This document shows, in pieces, positions 39,086-51,306 of a stretch of DNA of 64,000 bases. Both the position numbers and the translations under genes were made by a program. This DNA comes from Pocillopora damicornis. Lineage: Eukaryota. Location of the stretch: contig NW_020845054.1 of assembly GCF_003704095.1 (NCBI RefSeq), positions 62,001-126,000 of the forward strand, read 5' to 3'. The number at the start of each line of letters is the position of its first letter. Within the stretch, counting starts at the first letter, position 1. The notes beneath the pieces are model-generated. The model had not been told where the DNA came from. It searched no databases and saw nothing but the letters and a program-made list of their open reading frames with translations.

Positions 39086-39799
39086 ATGACCGCCAACTTT
39101 CTTAAAGATTACATGGACTTGGATGAGTTTTTGGCCGTCAAAGATCTTTGCACTGGCCTTTCTCGAACTGAGAGTGATTACTCGGAAGATGAAATCGATC
39201 AAGACATCGCTAATCTCGTGGACGATGAAGATGTCCCTCCGTTTTACACCTTTCCACCTTCGAATATTCCTCAGCTATCTCCAGATTGCTTCGGAGGTAG
39301 TACCAGCGATACGGACGAGGGACGAGGTGAGAGTGTTAGCTCTGAAAATCCTGCCTCTTTAAGCTCGAGCGAGTCCCTTAATTCAAATGAGACCGAGAGA
39401 GCTTCTCCCAAGAAGAGAAAGCGCAAATCAACAGTGAAAAATGACGACGCACAGAAAACAAGTGCACCGCGAAGAAGGAGAAGGAAAGCAGAAGATACCA
39501 AAGAGAAACAGGGGAATACAACAGCTGGCAATGACGAGGGAAAACAGCCGCGAAAGATCTCCCGACAGACAGTGAACGACGATGTTAAAGATGAAAAATA
39601 CTGGGAGAGAAGGAGGAAGAACAATCAAGCTGCCAAAAGATCTCGAGATCTCAAGAGACAGAAAGAGTTATGTGTTGCGGAAAGAGCTGCTTCGCTGGAA
39701 GACGAGAACAGACAGTTACGAGAGGAAGTTCAGAAACTTCGTGACTATCTCAGAACTCTAGACGAAAAGATGGATAAATCTTCTACAGACTCTCAGTGA
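39086..39799 (+). CDS. PAR-domain bZIP transcription factor (HLF/TEF/DBP/Pdp1 family), 237 aa, intronless CDS
   Basis: N-terminal YMDLDEFL (PAR activation-domain motif). Basic region [21 protein letters not shown] followed by a leucine zipper. Confidence 0.9.
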   Translation: MTANFLKDYMDLDEFLAVKDLCTGLSRTESDYSEDEIDQDIANLVDDEDVPPFYTFPPSNIPQLSPDCFGGSTSDTDEGRGESVSSENPASLSSSESLNSNETERASPKKRKRKSTVKNDDAQKTSAPRRRRRKAEDTKEKQGNTTAGNDEGKQPRKISRQTVNDDVKDEKYWERRRKNNQAAKRSRDLKRQKELCVAERAASLEDENRQLREEVQKLRDYLRTLDEKMDKSSTDSQ

Positions 39800-41204
39800 A
39801 GAAATCTCCTTTGCCCAAGATGCTGTAAATATTGATTTTGTTCCCTCGCCCTTTCCTTGGGGCTAAAGTCTTCTGCACTGAAAATTCACCATGGAAAGCT
39901 GCTGACCAATTTTGTGGCAATACTTAAGTTTCCAGCACTAATTACAGGGTTTAATGCCAACCTGTTATCAAGAGTGTGCAGTTGTACTGTACCTTGCCAG
40001 ACACTTGGACTGGACTCTACCTATTCATGTTCAAGGTGGGGACGTTATTTGGTATTTGAGGCTGTGCTCTTGCAAAGCACAGGTACCATAAACAAGTGAG
40101 CTAAAGTTTTGGGTGACTTGATGTGTATTGTCTTCATATGAAGTCTAAGAAGAGCTTGGCACCCAAGATTTCTGACAGGAAAGCCTTTGTCTTTTAGGTG
40201 TTGAAATGTCAGGGATATATCGAGTGCTAGCCTTGTTGTGTCTAGCGGTGATAGATGGGGTATACCCAAATGCTCTGTGAATTTTGAGACAAAAGTTAAT
40301 TTTACATTCGCACTCTTTCACAAATCCTTGTGCAAAATGGCTCAAGGTAAGCCAACTGTACTTTTCATAGATAAAAGAATCTGAAATTTTTAATCAACTA
40401 TAATTGTTCATATTGACAGGAATTAGCTGATGAGTTCCTGGCATCCTATTAAATATTGACAAACAATTTTGAGTTAACTTGTTCACTGTAATAATTATTG
40501 TAAGTAAGTATGTTCAGAGAAGGTTATGATTCCAAGAATTATGATGCAGAAATAGGTAGTGATAGCAGGTAGTAATAATGATATGCATTCATAATTCATA
40601 CTTGATATTCTTGTAAAATTACAGCAGTGTGTTATTTATAGATTCTGGATAACAGCTCCAAACTTGGAAGTTGGCGATCAAACACCAAATAGGAGTGGTT
40701 TTTACAGGTTAATTATGGAAAGTGATTAAGTGATATCACTGTTGAATTAAGAAATACCTTTTCAAATTTGATTGAAGTAGTTCTAGTATGTTTACATATT
40801 TTATTTACCAAAGTGTTGTAATGGAACATGTCGTTGTATGTAATTTTTTTTTTCTATCTCACATTTGAGAAATGTGACATCAACATTTACACCTTGGTCT
40901 GGTAGTGTTTCAAAACAATTGGTATTGATTGATGTGTAGTTTCATTAGGTGTTTGACATAAAGTGATTTTAATTAACCAAAATAATAATTAAAAAAGTTT
41001 GGATTTGTTGTTTGTAGTATGTATTGTTGTTTCTGTAGTACAGCTTTACCCTTGTACAAGAAGTCCTTTGCTCATTTTGGAAAATTAGACCCTTGCTGAT
41101 TTTTTTTTTATTGATAATGAAGAACTCCATCAGGGGAACCTTAAATTTGTAAAAAAAATAATTACTGTTTCTGAAAATCCAGCAATTATTGAAAAATATT
41201 TGTA

Positions 41205-41470
41205 CTGTCCTGATCAGAGTGTAGTGTTCTTGGGCAAAACGGTTTAGTTTCACAGTGCCTCTTTCCACACGGGAATATGGATGGATGGATGGGTAAAGTA
41301 GAATTATCAGGGAAGCCTAATGATGTGACAGGGGGTAGCCTTGCGATGGACAAGTGTCATATCCAGGGGGGAGTAGGGATATTTCCAAGTTGCTTCATGC
41401 TAAAAACACCAGGAAAAAGCTCTGGAGAGATGAGCCACTTGGCATGAGCACAGACTTAACCTTACACCTT
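41205..41470 (+). mobile_element. SINE fragment with a CORE/MIR-like domain
   Basis: GTGTTCTTGGGCAAAAC...CACAGTGCCTCTTTCCAC resembles the CORE-SINE core. The tail CCTTGCGATGGAC...ATCCAGGGGGGAGTAG...GCTTCATGCTA is typical of cnidarian SINE2 elements. Confidence 0.55.
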
Positions 41471-41536
41471 TACCCATGTTTGAATTCTTCCCACCTACCC
41501 CTGTTTCTGTAATGTTAGGAATGATAGGTGACACAG

Positions 41537-41990
41537 TGAATATGAAGGCAATCTTCACAGTAATGAACATTTCTTAACCATTTAGCCCCCAGGCATGATT
41601 AACACGTAGTTTCTCCCTAATAATAATATCCAGAAATTACCCAGCAAATAGGTAATGAGAATACTCAAACTTATCAGGTGGATGTTGTTATCTTGATCAA
41701 ATGCTAAATTCTCCCAGTAAATTAACAGGGAAAAGTGTAGCTCTTAAAAGGGAGAATTGGGAGTTAAAGAGTTAAGCAGTAGTGAAAATAAAGCCTAAAA
41801 AAATTTCAGGCCTGTATGGGATAGGAACCCACGACCTCTGCAATACCAGTGCATTGCTCTACCAACTGAGCTTACAAGCCAATTGGGAGCTGGTCATTAT
41901 GTTAATCCCGGGCCTCATTTTCACTACTGCTCTCTGCTTTCATGTTCACTTTGTTATCCACAGTTCAAGTGTATGACTTAAATATATTCA
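41537..41990 (-). mobile_element. tRNA-derived repeat with inverted arms, interrupted by a TTAA MITE
   Basis: The minus strand reads AGCTCAGTTGGTAGAGC (A box) ... GGTCGTGGGTTCCTATCCC (B-box-like). Arms are GCAGTAGTGAAAAT / ATTTTCACTACTGC. Confidence 0.6.
41574..41775. mobile_element. piggyBac-type MITE nested in the tRNA-derived repeat
   Basis: TTAA at both ends (41574-41577, 41772-41775); the host element resumes after it. Confidence 0.7.
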
Positions 41991-42519
41991 GTCATTTAAT
42001 AAGAGATACAGTTTCTCTAAATCAGCATTGCCTCCACGTCATCAATATTTGTCATTTATTCTCATAACTTATGTACAAATAAATTAAGCCTACAAACCTC
42101 TAAGCTTGGTACTACTGTTATTAGAAAACAACATACATTAAACATTTATACTCTCAAAGTGCTCTTACATGAATAGCTGTTGAAAATTTCAAGCTCAAGC
42201 TTGATTATAAATGCATGATACCAGTGGCAATAAACATTTTGTGGGCTTTAATTTAAGAGTACTAACTCTGCAAACGAGAATTCCCTAGGAAAAAAAAATT
42301 TAATTAATAATAAATGACACAAAAATCTACTTCCAACTCTAGGAAAAACTATACAGATTCAGACTCACTCATAGAGTCATTCGTTAAAGAAATCTTAGAT
42401 GAAACCCACCCCTGTATGACTCCACAAATAAGAAAAACTATTTCTTTCCTTGTCAATGTGCTAGTGGGTGAACATAAAATTTTAAAACTGAGTCCCCAAC
42501 AGATGTTTTAGTAATCTTA

Positions 42520-42877
42520 GACTGCAAAAACCTGTCCCTTAAAAAACAAATTTAAATAAAACCATGTACAAAATAAAATTTCAGCAAAATTTTCTGATCA
42601 AATCATTGCCAACTTTATCATAAATCAATTTTATAAGTATTCTTCTGTCAATTTTGTCTCTCAAGTTAATTATTCAAAGCTATCTGCCCCAGTCATTTTG
42701 ACTGCAAAAACTTGTCTGTAAAAAAAAAATAAAATCATAACTATGTAAAAAATAAAATCCCTGCAAAATTTTCTGATCAAATCATTACCAACTTTATCAT
42801 AAATCAAATAAAATTATTTTATATCCATTTTCTGTCAATTTTGTCTCTCAAGTTAATTATTCAAAGCTATCTGCCCC
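42520..42877. repeat. ~180-bp tandem duplication
   Basis: GACTGCAAAAA...TTATTCAAAGCTATCTGCCCC occurs twice in tandem. Confidence 0.75.
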
Positions 42878-43856
42878 ATCAGTATGATGCCAACAACATC
42901 TGAGTAACTGAGAAATGTTACCAGAAACTCAATATTTCATAATCATCTTTTTCTGTCAGTAGTTTTGGATTTAACTTGTGATAATTTCAGACTCTGCACA
43001 TAATAAATACTAAATAAAATAATCTTTTACGTAAAAAGAATGCTTTGGAACAAAAATATTAAATCAAATATCAACCAAGAATTGCCTGTCTAAAAAATTA
43101 TTTTCAAGGAGGATCGAAGATATCTTTCTCATCATAGAAACAGCAACAAAAAGAGAAAAATCAAATAACTCTCTGGTAACTCTAACCATTTATGGAGAAA
43201 AGGGATGAAATGATTTGCACAAGACCTGATTGTCTCCAAAATACTTCAAAAGAATTCAAACACTTCCTTATCTCCAGTTCAATTAAAAACTAACTACAAC
43301 ATTTTTCATCTTACAAAAGAATGCACTTTCCATTATTTTACCTAATGTAAAAATCTGTCAATTTCCATTTGTATGGCTATCACTTTCTAATAATGGACAC
43401 TAAGTTTTTTTTTTCCCCAAACAGATTGCACCATAGTATATTTCTTATTTGATAAATACTTGACAATACTTTAAATTATATACTGAACATAAAACCCTTC
43501 ATCCTTTTAATTAGTATCTCTGTGTATTCATGGGCTGCAAAAACTATTCAAAAATGAAGAGCAAAAACTACCATCAAACTTGAAAAAACCATGAACACCT
43601 AAAATATTTTGTGAATGCTTATTGTGTTATGAGTGACTTAATCACTCACAACTTAATTGAAGATAAGGGATAGGTTCTGGAGTAAACCACAAACAACTCA
43701 GAGAAGAGTTTCCTCAGTCTAGTTATCTTTCAATATGTCATTCAGTTGATTTCCATAAATATTTTGGGTGCTTACAGTTTCCAGATCTCTCAGCTGAAGA
43801 GTACTACTTTTAAGTCAATAAAAATAATAATTTGTCCAAAAAGGTTGGCCAAAAAA

Positions 43857-46800
43857 TCAACCTGCTACTGGATCACTTGATACAGACACCACACAGGCTG
43901 CAGCTCTTCCAGAGTTAAGAGAAGCAACTTCTTCCCATTTATTCTTCTCAGGGTCATACGACTCCACTGCACTCAAATATTTGGATCCATCATAACCACC
44001 AATGGCATACAACCTGTCACCAAGGCATGCTGCACCAACAGCATCACGGCAGTTGATCATGGGTGCAACCATGGTCCACTGGTCAGTATTAGGGTTGTAT
44101 CTTTCCACTGAATCAAATTGGCGAGAACAGTCTTGGCTGGCAGGTGCATCATGACCCCCAAGAGCATACAGAAAATTATCAAGAACAGCCACACCAACAC
44201 CTTCATTATGAAAACAAAAGAGTACCATATGAGAAAAGGTTGAAAACTCTTTGTTGAACTACATGCTTTGCCCATGTTTGCTTTACTTGATCCTGTATAA
44301 TGATGCTGTTGGGAGAACATTTTTGTCCTTTGTACAGAAATATGGTTGTGAAGTTGACTGGAATACATGATATAAAATAAAATAAAGAAACCCAGTATTA
44401 TTCTTAAACCTTAGATTCAAATGAAAAGGTTCCCCCTTTTTCTGCACTCATGACATTAACAACAACAAATTTTAAAAAGACACTGAACAACGTTTTGAAA
44501 TCCATAAAACTCTAAACAACATTCAATAAAGACTTACCTCCCCTTCTCTTGAGCATTGGGCAAGTGACTGACCATTTGTTGGTGTGAGGATCATAACGCT
44601 CAACTGAGTTCAGACAAGAAGAACCATCCCTTCCTCCAACTGCATAGAGTCTGCCATTAAGTATTGCCACTCCCACAGTGCTACGAGCTGTCGTCATTGG
44701 TGTAACAAAGCTCCACTGTTTAGTATCAGGGTCAAATCTGGAAGTAATCAGGAAATCTCAAATTTCATTCTAAAAATTGGATGAAAGTGAACACTCCACT
44801 GGTATTAACCCACCTCTATCCCAGTCAACTATTCCCAGCAGATTGCAAGAACAAATAAAGCACCCTTACAATTGCATTACATTTAAGAGTTTGAAAGCTA
44901 CAAACTGACCTTTCCACCGTGCTCAAGTAAGACCAGCCATCATGGCCACCCACAGCATAAAGGGGACCATTCAAGGTTGCCACGCCCAACCCATGACGAT
45001 GAGTGCTCATGGATGGCACAGGACTCCACTGTTTTGTCCTTGGATTGTAACATTCCACAGTATTCAATGTCTTCAGTCCATCCCTGCCTCCCACAACATA
45101 GAGATTACCACCTACCACTGCCACATCAAACTGCAGCCTCCTTGTAACCATTGGAGACACCACAGACCACTGGTTCTTGCGTGGGTCATAGTGCTCAATT
45201 TGGATTGCCCCCTTGGATGAATCCATTCCTAGATTGGGAAGAAAAGAGCCTAATGTTCTTTTTTAAAATGCTCTTAAATAATAGATACCTTAAGCAGCCT
45301 TGTTGATGAGGCCAAAACCATTAAAAGCAAGTCAATAACACTTAACAGCCATGTACAATAGACTAAAATGGCAGAACAACTTAATTACTTTTAATGAATA
45401 AACTTATTGTTTATTTCTTGAGAAGTCCTCAAATATTAGATATTTCATTGTTTTAAACCATCTTTCACAAAACTAGGGCAAATTTGCAAAAATTACAATG
45501 AGAGCATATCAAACAAAATGTGATCATATGACTGTTATACCCAGAGTATTACAAGAAGCTGTCACATGAAGAGGGAATAAACAGAACACTAAATAACTCA
45601 TTTAAAAGATTACAAAACACTCACTGCGGGATCAAAAGGAGGCAAAAAGTTTGTGGTGATGAGAATATTTGAGCACAATTGGAAAAAACAATACCCAGGT
45701 TTGCTTTATTTATTCAAGTAATTTCAATAAATAGGATGCAACTTTGCAATATTTTATGATATTGATATTGGTTCTTCAGTATTTTTTCAATATTTTCTTT
45801 TCTGTCACTTCTTTGAGAATAAAGGTTAAGAAGCAAAGCTAATTGTTTTTCATGACACAAAACCATCAATATAAGAAAAGACTCTGGCCTGAAACCTTTT
45901 GTTTTGCAAAGCTGATTATGGTTAAAATCTCTGCATGCGGGCACGCAATAGAAAGCACGTTTCCTTTAACTGTTCTGGAAAATATCCAAACAGCCATTCC
46001 ATAAGAGGTCAAATGAATTTTTATTCAAAACACTGCTAATAAAGATAATGACTGAAAATCTTGAGGATTGGGAAGTTCAAACAAAAACATCCCACCTAAG
46101 ATGTGCCTTTTCCTATTGAGGTAACATCAATTTTAAGTGACAACTCTACTGTGGATTAATAGCCAGTTTCTCCCTATACTATTACTTTTCTGGTAAGTAG
46201 AGCAAGCACTGAGAAAACAGACGATCATCAACTGAAAAGCATCGCCTTTCTATGATGACAAACTCCAGATCACCTGAACAAAACTTGGAAAGTCACGAAA
46301 ATACTAAAATTGAACAAAAAAAAGAAGTTTGTAGTTTTTCACGAGTTTCGTCGATGTTTTTTCAAACCGCACCCACCAAAAGCCACTTAAAATTCCTTTA
46401 AATTTAATTATTTTAACGGGGAAATAAAAAGCTTATTTTCAACAAGAAAAAGAACTTCATCCAACCGCGCTTCCTTTTCAGAGTTCCACTTGAGAGTGCG
46501 GTATTGTTCATCATCATGAAAACCACCAATATCTCTGTGCGGTTCGACCTCGGAACAATATACTACCTCATCAACTCACATATTTACGTCAGAAGGGAAC
46601 AGCCACTTGACAAAAACATTTTAAGTTTAATTTATCATTCTTAATAACAAAAGAGTCAAACGATCTAGAAACACCGAGTTGATTTGAATAAGCTCATTAG
46701 CCAAGCGAAAATATTGACTTACCTCCAACGACATAAAGTTTGCCAACTGTAGACTTTCTTGGGGTTGTCCTTGAATTCTGAAGTTGAAATCGCCGTTTTG

Positions 46801-47584
46801 GTAGAAGCTGGTATTTCATTGCTTCGATAATGAGCTCCCTACAGGAGCTGATATCACGGAATAGAGATGACATCTCCACTTTATCAACAAGAAATTCCGG
46901 CGCAAGTAGAGGCAATCGTACAAGTCCCAACAATCTCGGCAATACTTTCTTTCTACTTTCTTTATCGTACTCTGCCCACACGCAGAGAGCGTCAAAAATT
47001 TGCGATTCAGAAGAAACATTCAGATCATCGCTTGAAAGAAGACGAGCCACGCATTCCGAGCTCAAAAGCACAAATTCTTGATTTTTGACAACGTCAACAA
47101 ATCGCTCCTTCGTAAACGCATCAGCGATTTTATACAGTTCACTACAACCGTGTCCATCGGCAAAAGCACGAATACCCAAACAGTTACTAGGGTGCAGTTG
47201 ATGCTTCATAAATTCAGAACAGGCCTCCTTCACTTCATCAATCTGTAAAATACACGACACTGAGAGTAAGTTCTCCACGTTATCTACGCGAATTTCGATA
47301 TGAGAAGTGTAGGCATACTGAACGAGATCTTCAACAGCTTGGGGATTCATGTCAGTTAAATGCACCACACTTTGTCCCTTCTCACAGAGTTCACCAGTGA
47401 ACAAAGCGCTGAAATAATCGCTGAAAGCAGCGAGAACGAGTCGATGAGCCTTAATCCTCTTCTCCCCAACCACCAAAATAATATCACATAGTTTGGAATC
47501 TTTGCGATAACCCTCCATCTTCTTGAAAGTTTTGAGATGGTGGTCGTTACAGGTGAAGATGACGGCGTCCCCGTCCTGATCCAT
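43857..47584 (-). CDS. KLHL5: Kelch-like protein of the KLHL1/4/5 group (BTB-BACK-6 Kelch, ~574 aa, 4 exons)
   Basis: Exons 46723-47584, 44910-45228, 44538-44737, 43857-44200 (1725 nt). BTB motif [13 protein letters not shown]. Kelch repeats closely match KLHL5 ([42 protein letters not shown]). Confidence 0.9.
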
Positions 47585-47920
47585 TTCACCGGCGATAATA
47601 TTTCCAGAAAAATTTCTGACGCTCTTTCACACCAAAGATACTTAAACTCATCTTTTCATGTGGCTCTTTGTTGAATGCCAACTTCTAAAGGCCACCAATA
47701 ATAGAAAGCCAATTTGTGGACTGTCAGATACATAAAGCAGCGACGTGAAGGATCGCCGGATACTCGCCCCCAGCTTCCTACGCAAACATTATTTTAGCAG
47801 CTGCTTATCACGAAAACAAAATTGCGTGAGTAACTGCGTGACAAAGCGTAACTATACCCAGTCCTTCTCAAGTGAAACAGGTCTTGACACCAAGATGGCG
47901 GATTAGACGAAAAATCTGAA
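47585..47920. promoter_or_regulatory. Bidirectional promoter of KLHL5 and MMAA
   Basis: 336-bp head-to-head gap with two CCAAT boxes (~47696, 47709) and a YY1 consensus CAAGATGGCGG at 47891. Confidence 0.6.
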
Positions 47921-49949
47921 ATGCCTTATCGTTTTGTTTTACGTGATTTTACCCGTATTTCAGCCTACAGACGTCCTCTTTGGGTCAAATTGATAAGCAG
48001 AAGTTATGCGACAAATCTCGAAGTCAAATCTACGGACGAAGGGTATCACATTCAGCGGTTATTTCAGGGAATCATTCGAGGCGACCGTGGAAGTTTAGCG
48101 CAAGCCATAACATTGGTGGAAACTCTTCATCCAATAAAATATCACCAGGCACAGAAACTACTCTCCAGGGTTGTTAAACATTCAAAACATGCACCTCCAT
48201 TCTCAAATGGCCAGCCGTGCTCCTTTAGGATTGGTTTATCAGGCCCCCCAGGAGGTGGAAAATCTACATTTATTGAGACTTTTGGGAATTTTCTAACCAA
48301 CGGAAAGCATCGGGTTGCTGTTTTGGCTGTGGATCCTTCATCCTCTACTACAGGTGGATCCTTACTGGGCGACAAGACACGAATGACAGAGTTGTCACGA
48401 AATCTCAATGCGTACATCAGGCCGTCCCCCTCATGTGGAACGCTGGGTAATCTCAAATTTTCCTAGAGCTGCCTTAATGTCAAAAATCAGATATAGAGCA
48501 AGTGCCTCCTCATAGGTGTCTGCCCAGGTGGCCATAATTTTTCTGAGATCTCACCCAACATTGCAGTAAAGATTGCGACAACAACAACATTAACGATGTA
48601 GTGAACTATGATGATGATGATAATCCAACACCTCAGTTACATCATCTCGTAACTAATTTACAAGGAAGTGTGTAGCAGCTAGAGGGGAGAACAATCAGTT
48701 CTTAGGAGTTAAAGGTTCAAGATGTTGACAATTTAAAAATGAAATAATAACTTTCACTTTGGCTCTCAACAAGTTCATATTAAACCACAGTCTCTAATAT
48801 ACCCATTTGGTAAAAGCCCAGAATTAAGTCCCCTGGAGCTCACTAGTGCATTTGTGCTACTATAGGAAAAAATACATATTCTGATCTTTTATAACTTTAT
48901 GCTTGTAGGTGGTGTAAACCGGAGCACAAATGAAGCCATTCTTCTTTGTGAAGCTGCTGGTTATGACACTATCTTGGTAGAAACAGTGGGAGTTGGACAA
49001 TCAGAAATTGCTGTTGCCTCCATGGTAGACATGTTTGTTCTTCTTATTCCACCAGCTGGTGGTGATGAACTCCAAGGAATCAAAAAAGGCATCGTGGAGA
49101 TGGCAGATCTTGTGTTGGTCAATAAATGTGATGGAGAACTTGTTATTCCAGCTCAGAGAATACAAACAGAGTACATCAGTGCTCTGAAATTGTTAAGGAA
49201 AAAGTCAGCTCAGTGGAATCCACCGGTATGATTGACCCTTTACATCCTAGCATCAGTCTGTGTACTCTCCACACTGTTCTGTATACACTTCCCAGGGTGC
49301 TGACAAGGAGAATTTGTCTAACAATCAAGAGCTTCTTTAGTTCATGATCATTTCCTTTATTCTCATGACCCTAATGTGTGATTCAGGGATGATATTATGA
49401 AGAGAAATTATTAGATGCTAATCACTCTTAGGAGTCAGAGGATTTTAACTTACATTTTTTGGTATAATTTCATACAGTTCTTCTTCTTTCTTTTTATGAT
49501 TTATTTTGTTGGGTCACTTAATATTAATTTTAATGTAATGAGATGAGATTTTCAATAGCAAATATTTGTTGTTATTTTCACCATTTTTATAAGAAGTTGA
49601 TAAACATTTTTTATTATAAATTATTTATTATTTTTACTTCATTTTGAACTTTCAGGTTCTCCGTGTTTCGTCCAGAACTGGTGATGGTATTGAGAAAGCT
49701 TGGGAAACTATGCAGCAGTATTACAATATTATGGTTGAAAATGGTGAACTTGAACAAAGACGTTGTAAACAGCATGTTGTCTGGATGTGGAATCATATCA
49801 GAGAACAAATCATGGGAAGATTTAAATCAAATCCTGAAGTTCAAAGAGAAATTTTTAACTATGAAAAATTAGTAGCAGATGGGGAAGTCACACCAGGAAT
49901 GGCAGCTGATGAGCTTCTTAAAATATTCTCACATTCATCTAGTACATGA
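47921..49949 (+). CDS. MMAA: Methylmalonic aciduria type A protein, mitochondrial (MeaB/ArgK GTPase), ~378 aa
   Basis: Exons 47921-48446, 48909-49225, 49656-49949. P-loop [12 protein letters not shown], plus [35 protein letters not shown] and NKCD. The Arg-rich N-terminus is transit-peptide-like. Confidence 0.95.
49232..49448. mobile_element. piggyBac-type MITE inserted 6 nt after a splice donor
   Basis: TTGACCCTTTACATCC start; similar to the 32322 copy. Confidence 0.6.
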
Positions 49950-50002
49950 GTTCCATCTTCTTAGAGGTTGCCCTTTGTCTGCTCTTTCAGGAGAATCTTT
50001 CA

Positions 50003-50211
50003 TTTACCCTTTAACTCCCATCAGTGACCAAGTAAGAATTTCTCCATACAATATGAATACAATATTAAGAAGATAAGTGATGAGAATACAGTAAATTATC
50101 AATTAGGGGATTATTAGCTTATCCAATATCAAATTCTGCAAACTAACATCTTAAGAATTATATGGTTGACAGTAAGGAGAATTACTAAAGAGATCTTTGG
50201 AGTAAAAGGGC
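50003..50211. mobile_element. piggyBac-type MITE in the probable MMAA 3' UTR (reverse orientation to 7322)
   Basis: ACCCTTTAACTCCC ... GGAGTAAAAGGG; the internal sequence is the reverse complement of the 7322 family. Confidence 0.7.
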
Positions 50212-51306
50212 CACTAAGACATTTCTAGCACAAGAAATGCAACAAAGATTTCTTATGGAGTGTAAAGACTATTTATATTTCAGGCTCTCAAAATATCACA
50301 GTATTATCTCTAAAACTGTAAGGAATGACAAGAAACAAAAATATAATATTTAAATGATTATGGTTTGTTTGAATATTTGAAATACATTTCATTAGTTCTA
50401 TTGTTTTGGGAATGGTAGTGTGGAAGGTGTAGATCTTGTTCTGTGATCATGTTTAAAAACCTTTCTCTACACTTGGAAAAAATACCATGAACACAAACTA
50501 TCCTTTTGAAAAAAATTTATGTCTCTGTAAGAAGAACTCCTGACTTCTAGATTCTTTTGATTTTAATTTGCAATGAGGCATTCTTTTTCATGTGAGTTAG
50601 CGAGAATCAGTGTTCAACCAATCAGACAAAACTTCAGATTCTGGATTGGCAGTAAATGATTTGTACAGTATGCCAAATCACGATTTATGTTGGTCTCAGT
50701 GAAACTGCCATGAAATTGACTTCTCTCAAAGCGTTGATCTTTCCTGCAAGATTTTCAATTTCTGGTGCAAGTTACAAGTGTACCAAGCTGATCATGGAAT
50801 AAGATGACAGGCTAGGGATTTGAAATTTGTAATCCTGGTACTTGCTGAGGGGTGAAGAATTATTTGCCCCTTTTTGGCTGATTATTTATAGAAGAGTGTT
50901 TAGGGACTATCAGAAAGCGTCCATCAGAAAAAAGAGTTGCCCAAGTTGCTGACCAGATTGCAAGAATTTCGCAGCCACCATAGAATATTCATCTAGGGCA
51001 ATAGGAGAACTTTATATGCCATGCATTATCCGTTTTTTCCTACTCGAGTGCCTCTTCTGTGGAATTCGGTGCGGATATGCCAAACAACGCCCAAAAAAAC
51101 ACCCTTCATCATCTTTGTCTAGTCAGCGGACTGCCGAACAAGCGTACAATATTTGCCATTCCTCAAGTGATTACATCTCGCCGCCCTAACAAATGTTCTG
51201 CCTTTTGATCTGGCGTAGTGTGCTAATTATGCGTATTGCCAATTGCTTCCGTTCTGTTAGCTAGTTAGGCGGCTATATCTGTACGCATCGGAGTGATTTC
51301 CGAGTG

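Noticed and set aside
41790-41885. Functional tRNA gene on the minus strand
   Set aside because: The stems are degenerate and it is embedded in an inverted-arm repeat, so it is treated as a tRNA-derived element.
45295-45380. TTGATGAGGCC hammerhead/retrozyme-like fragment
   Set aside because: No matching GAAA or stem II closure.
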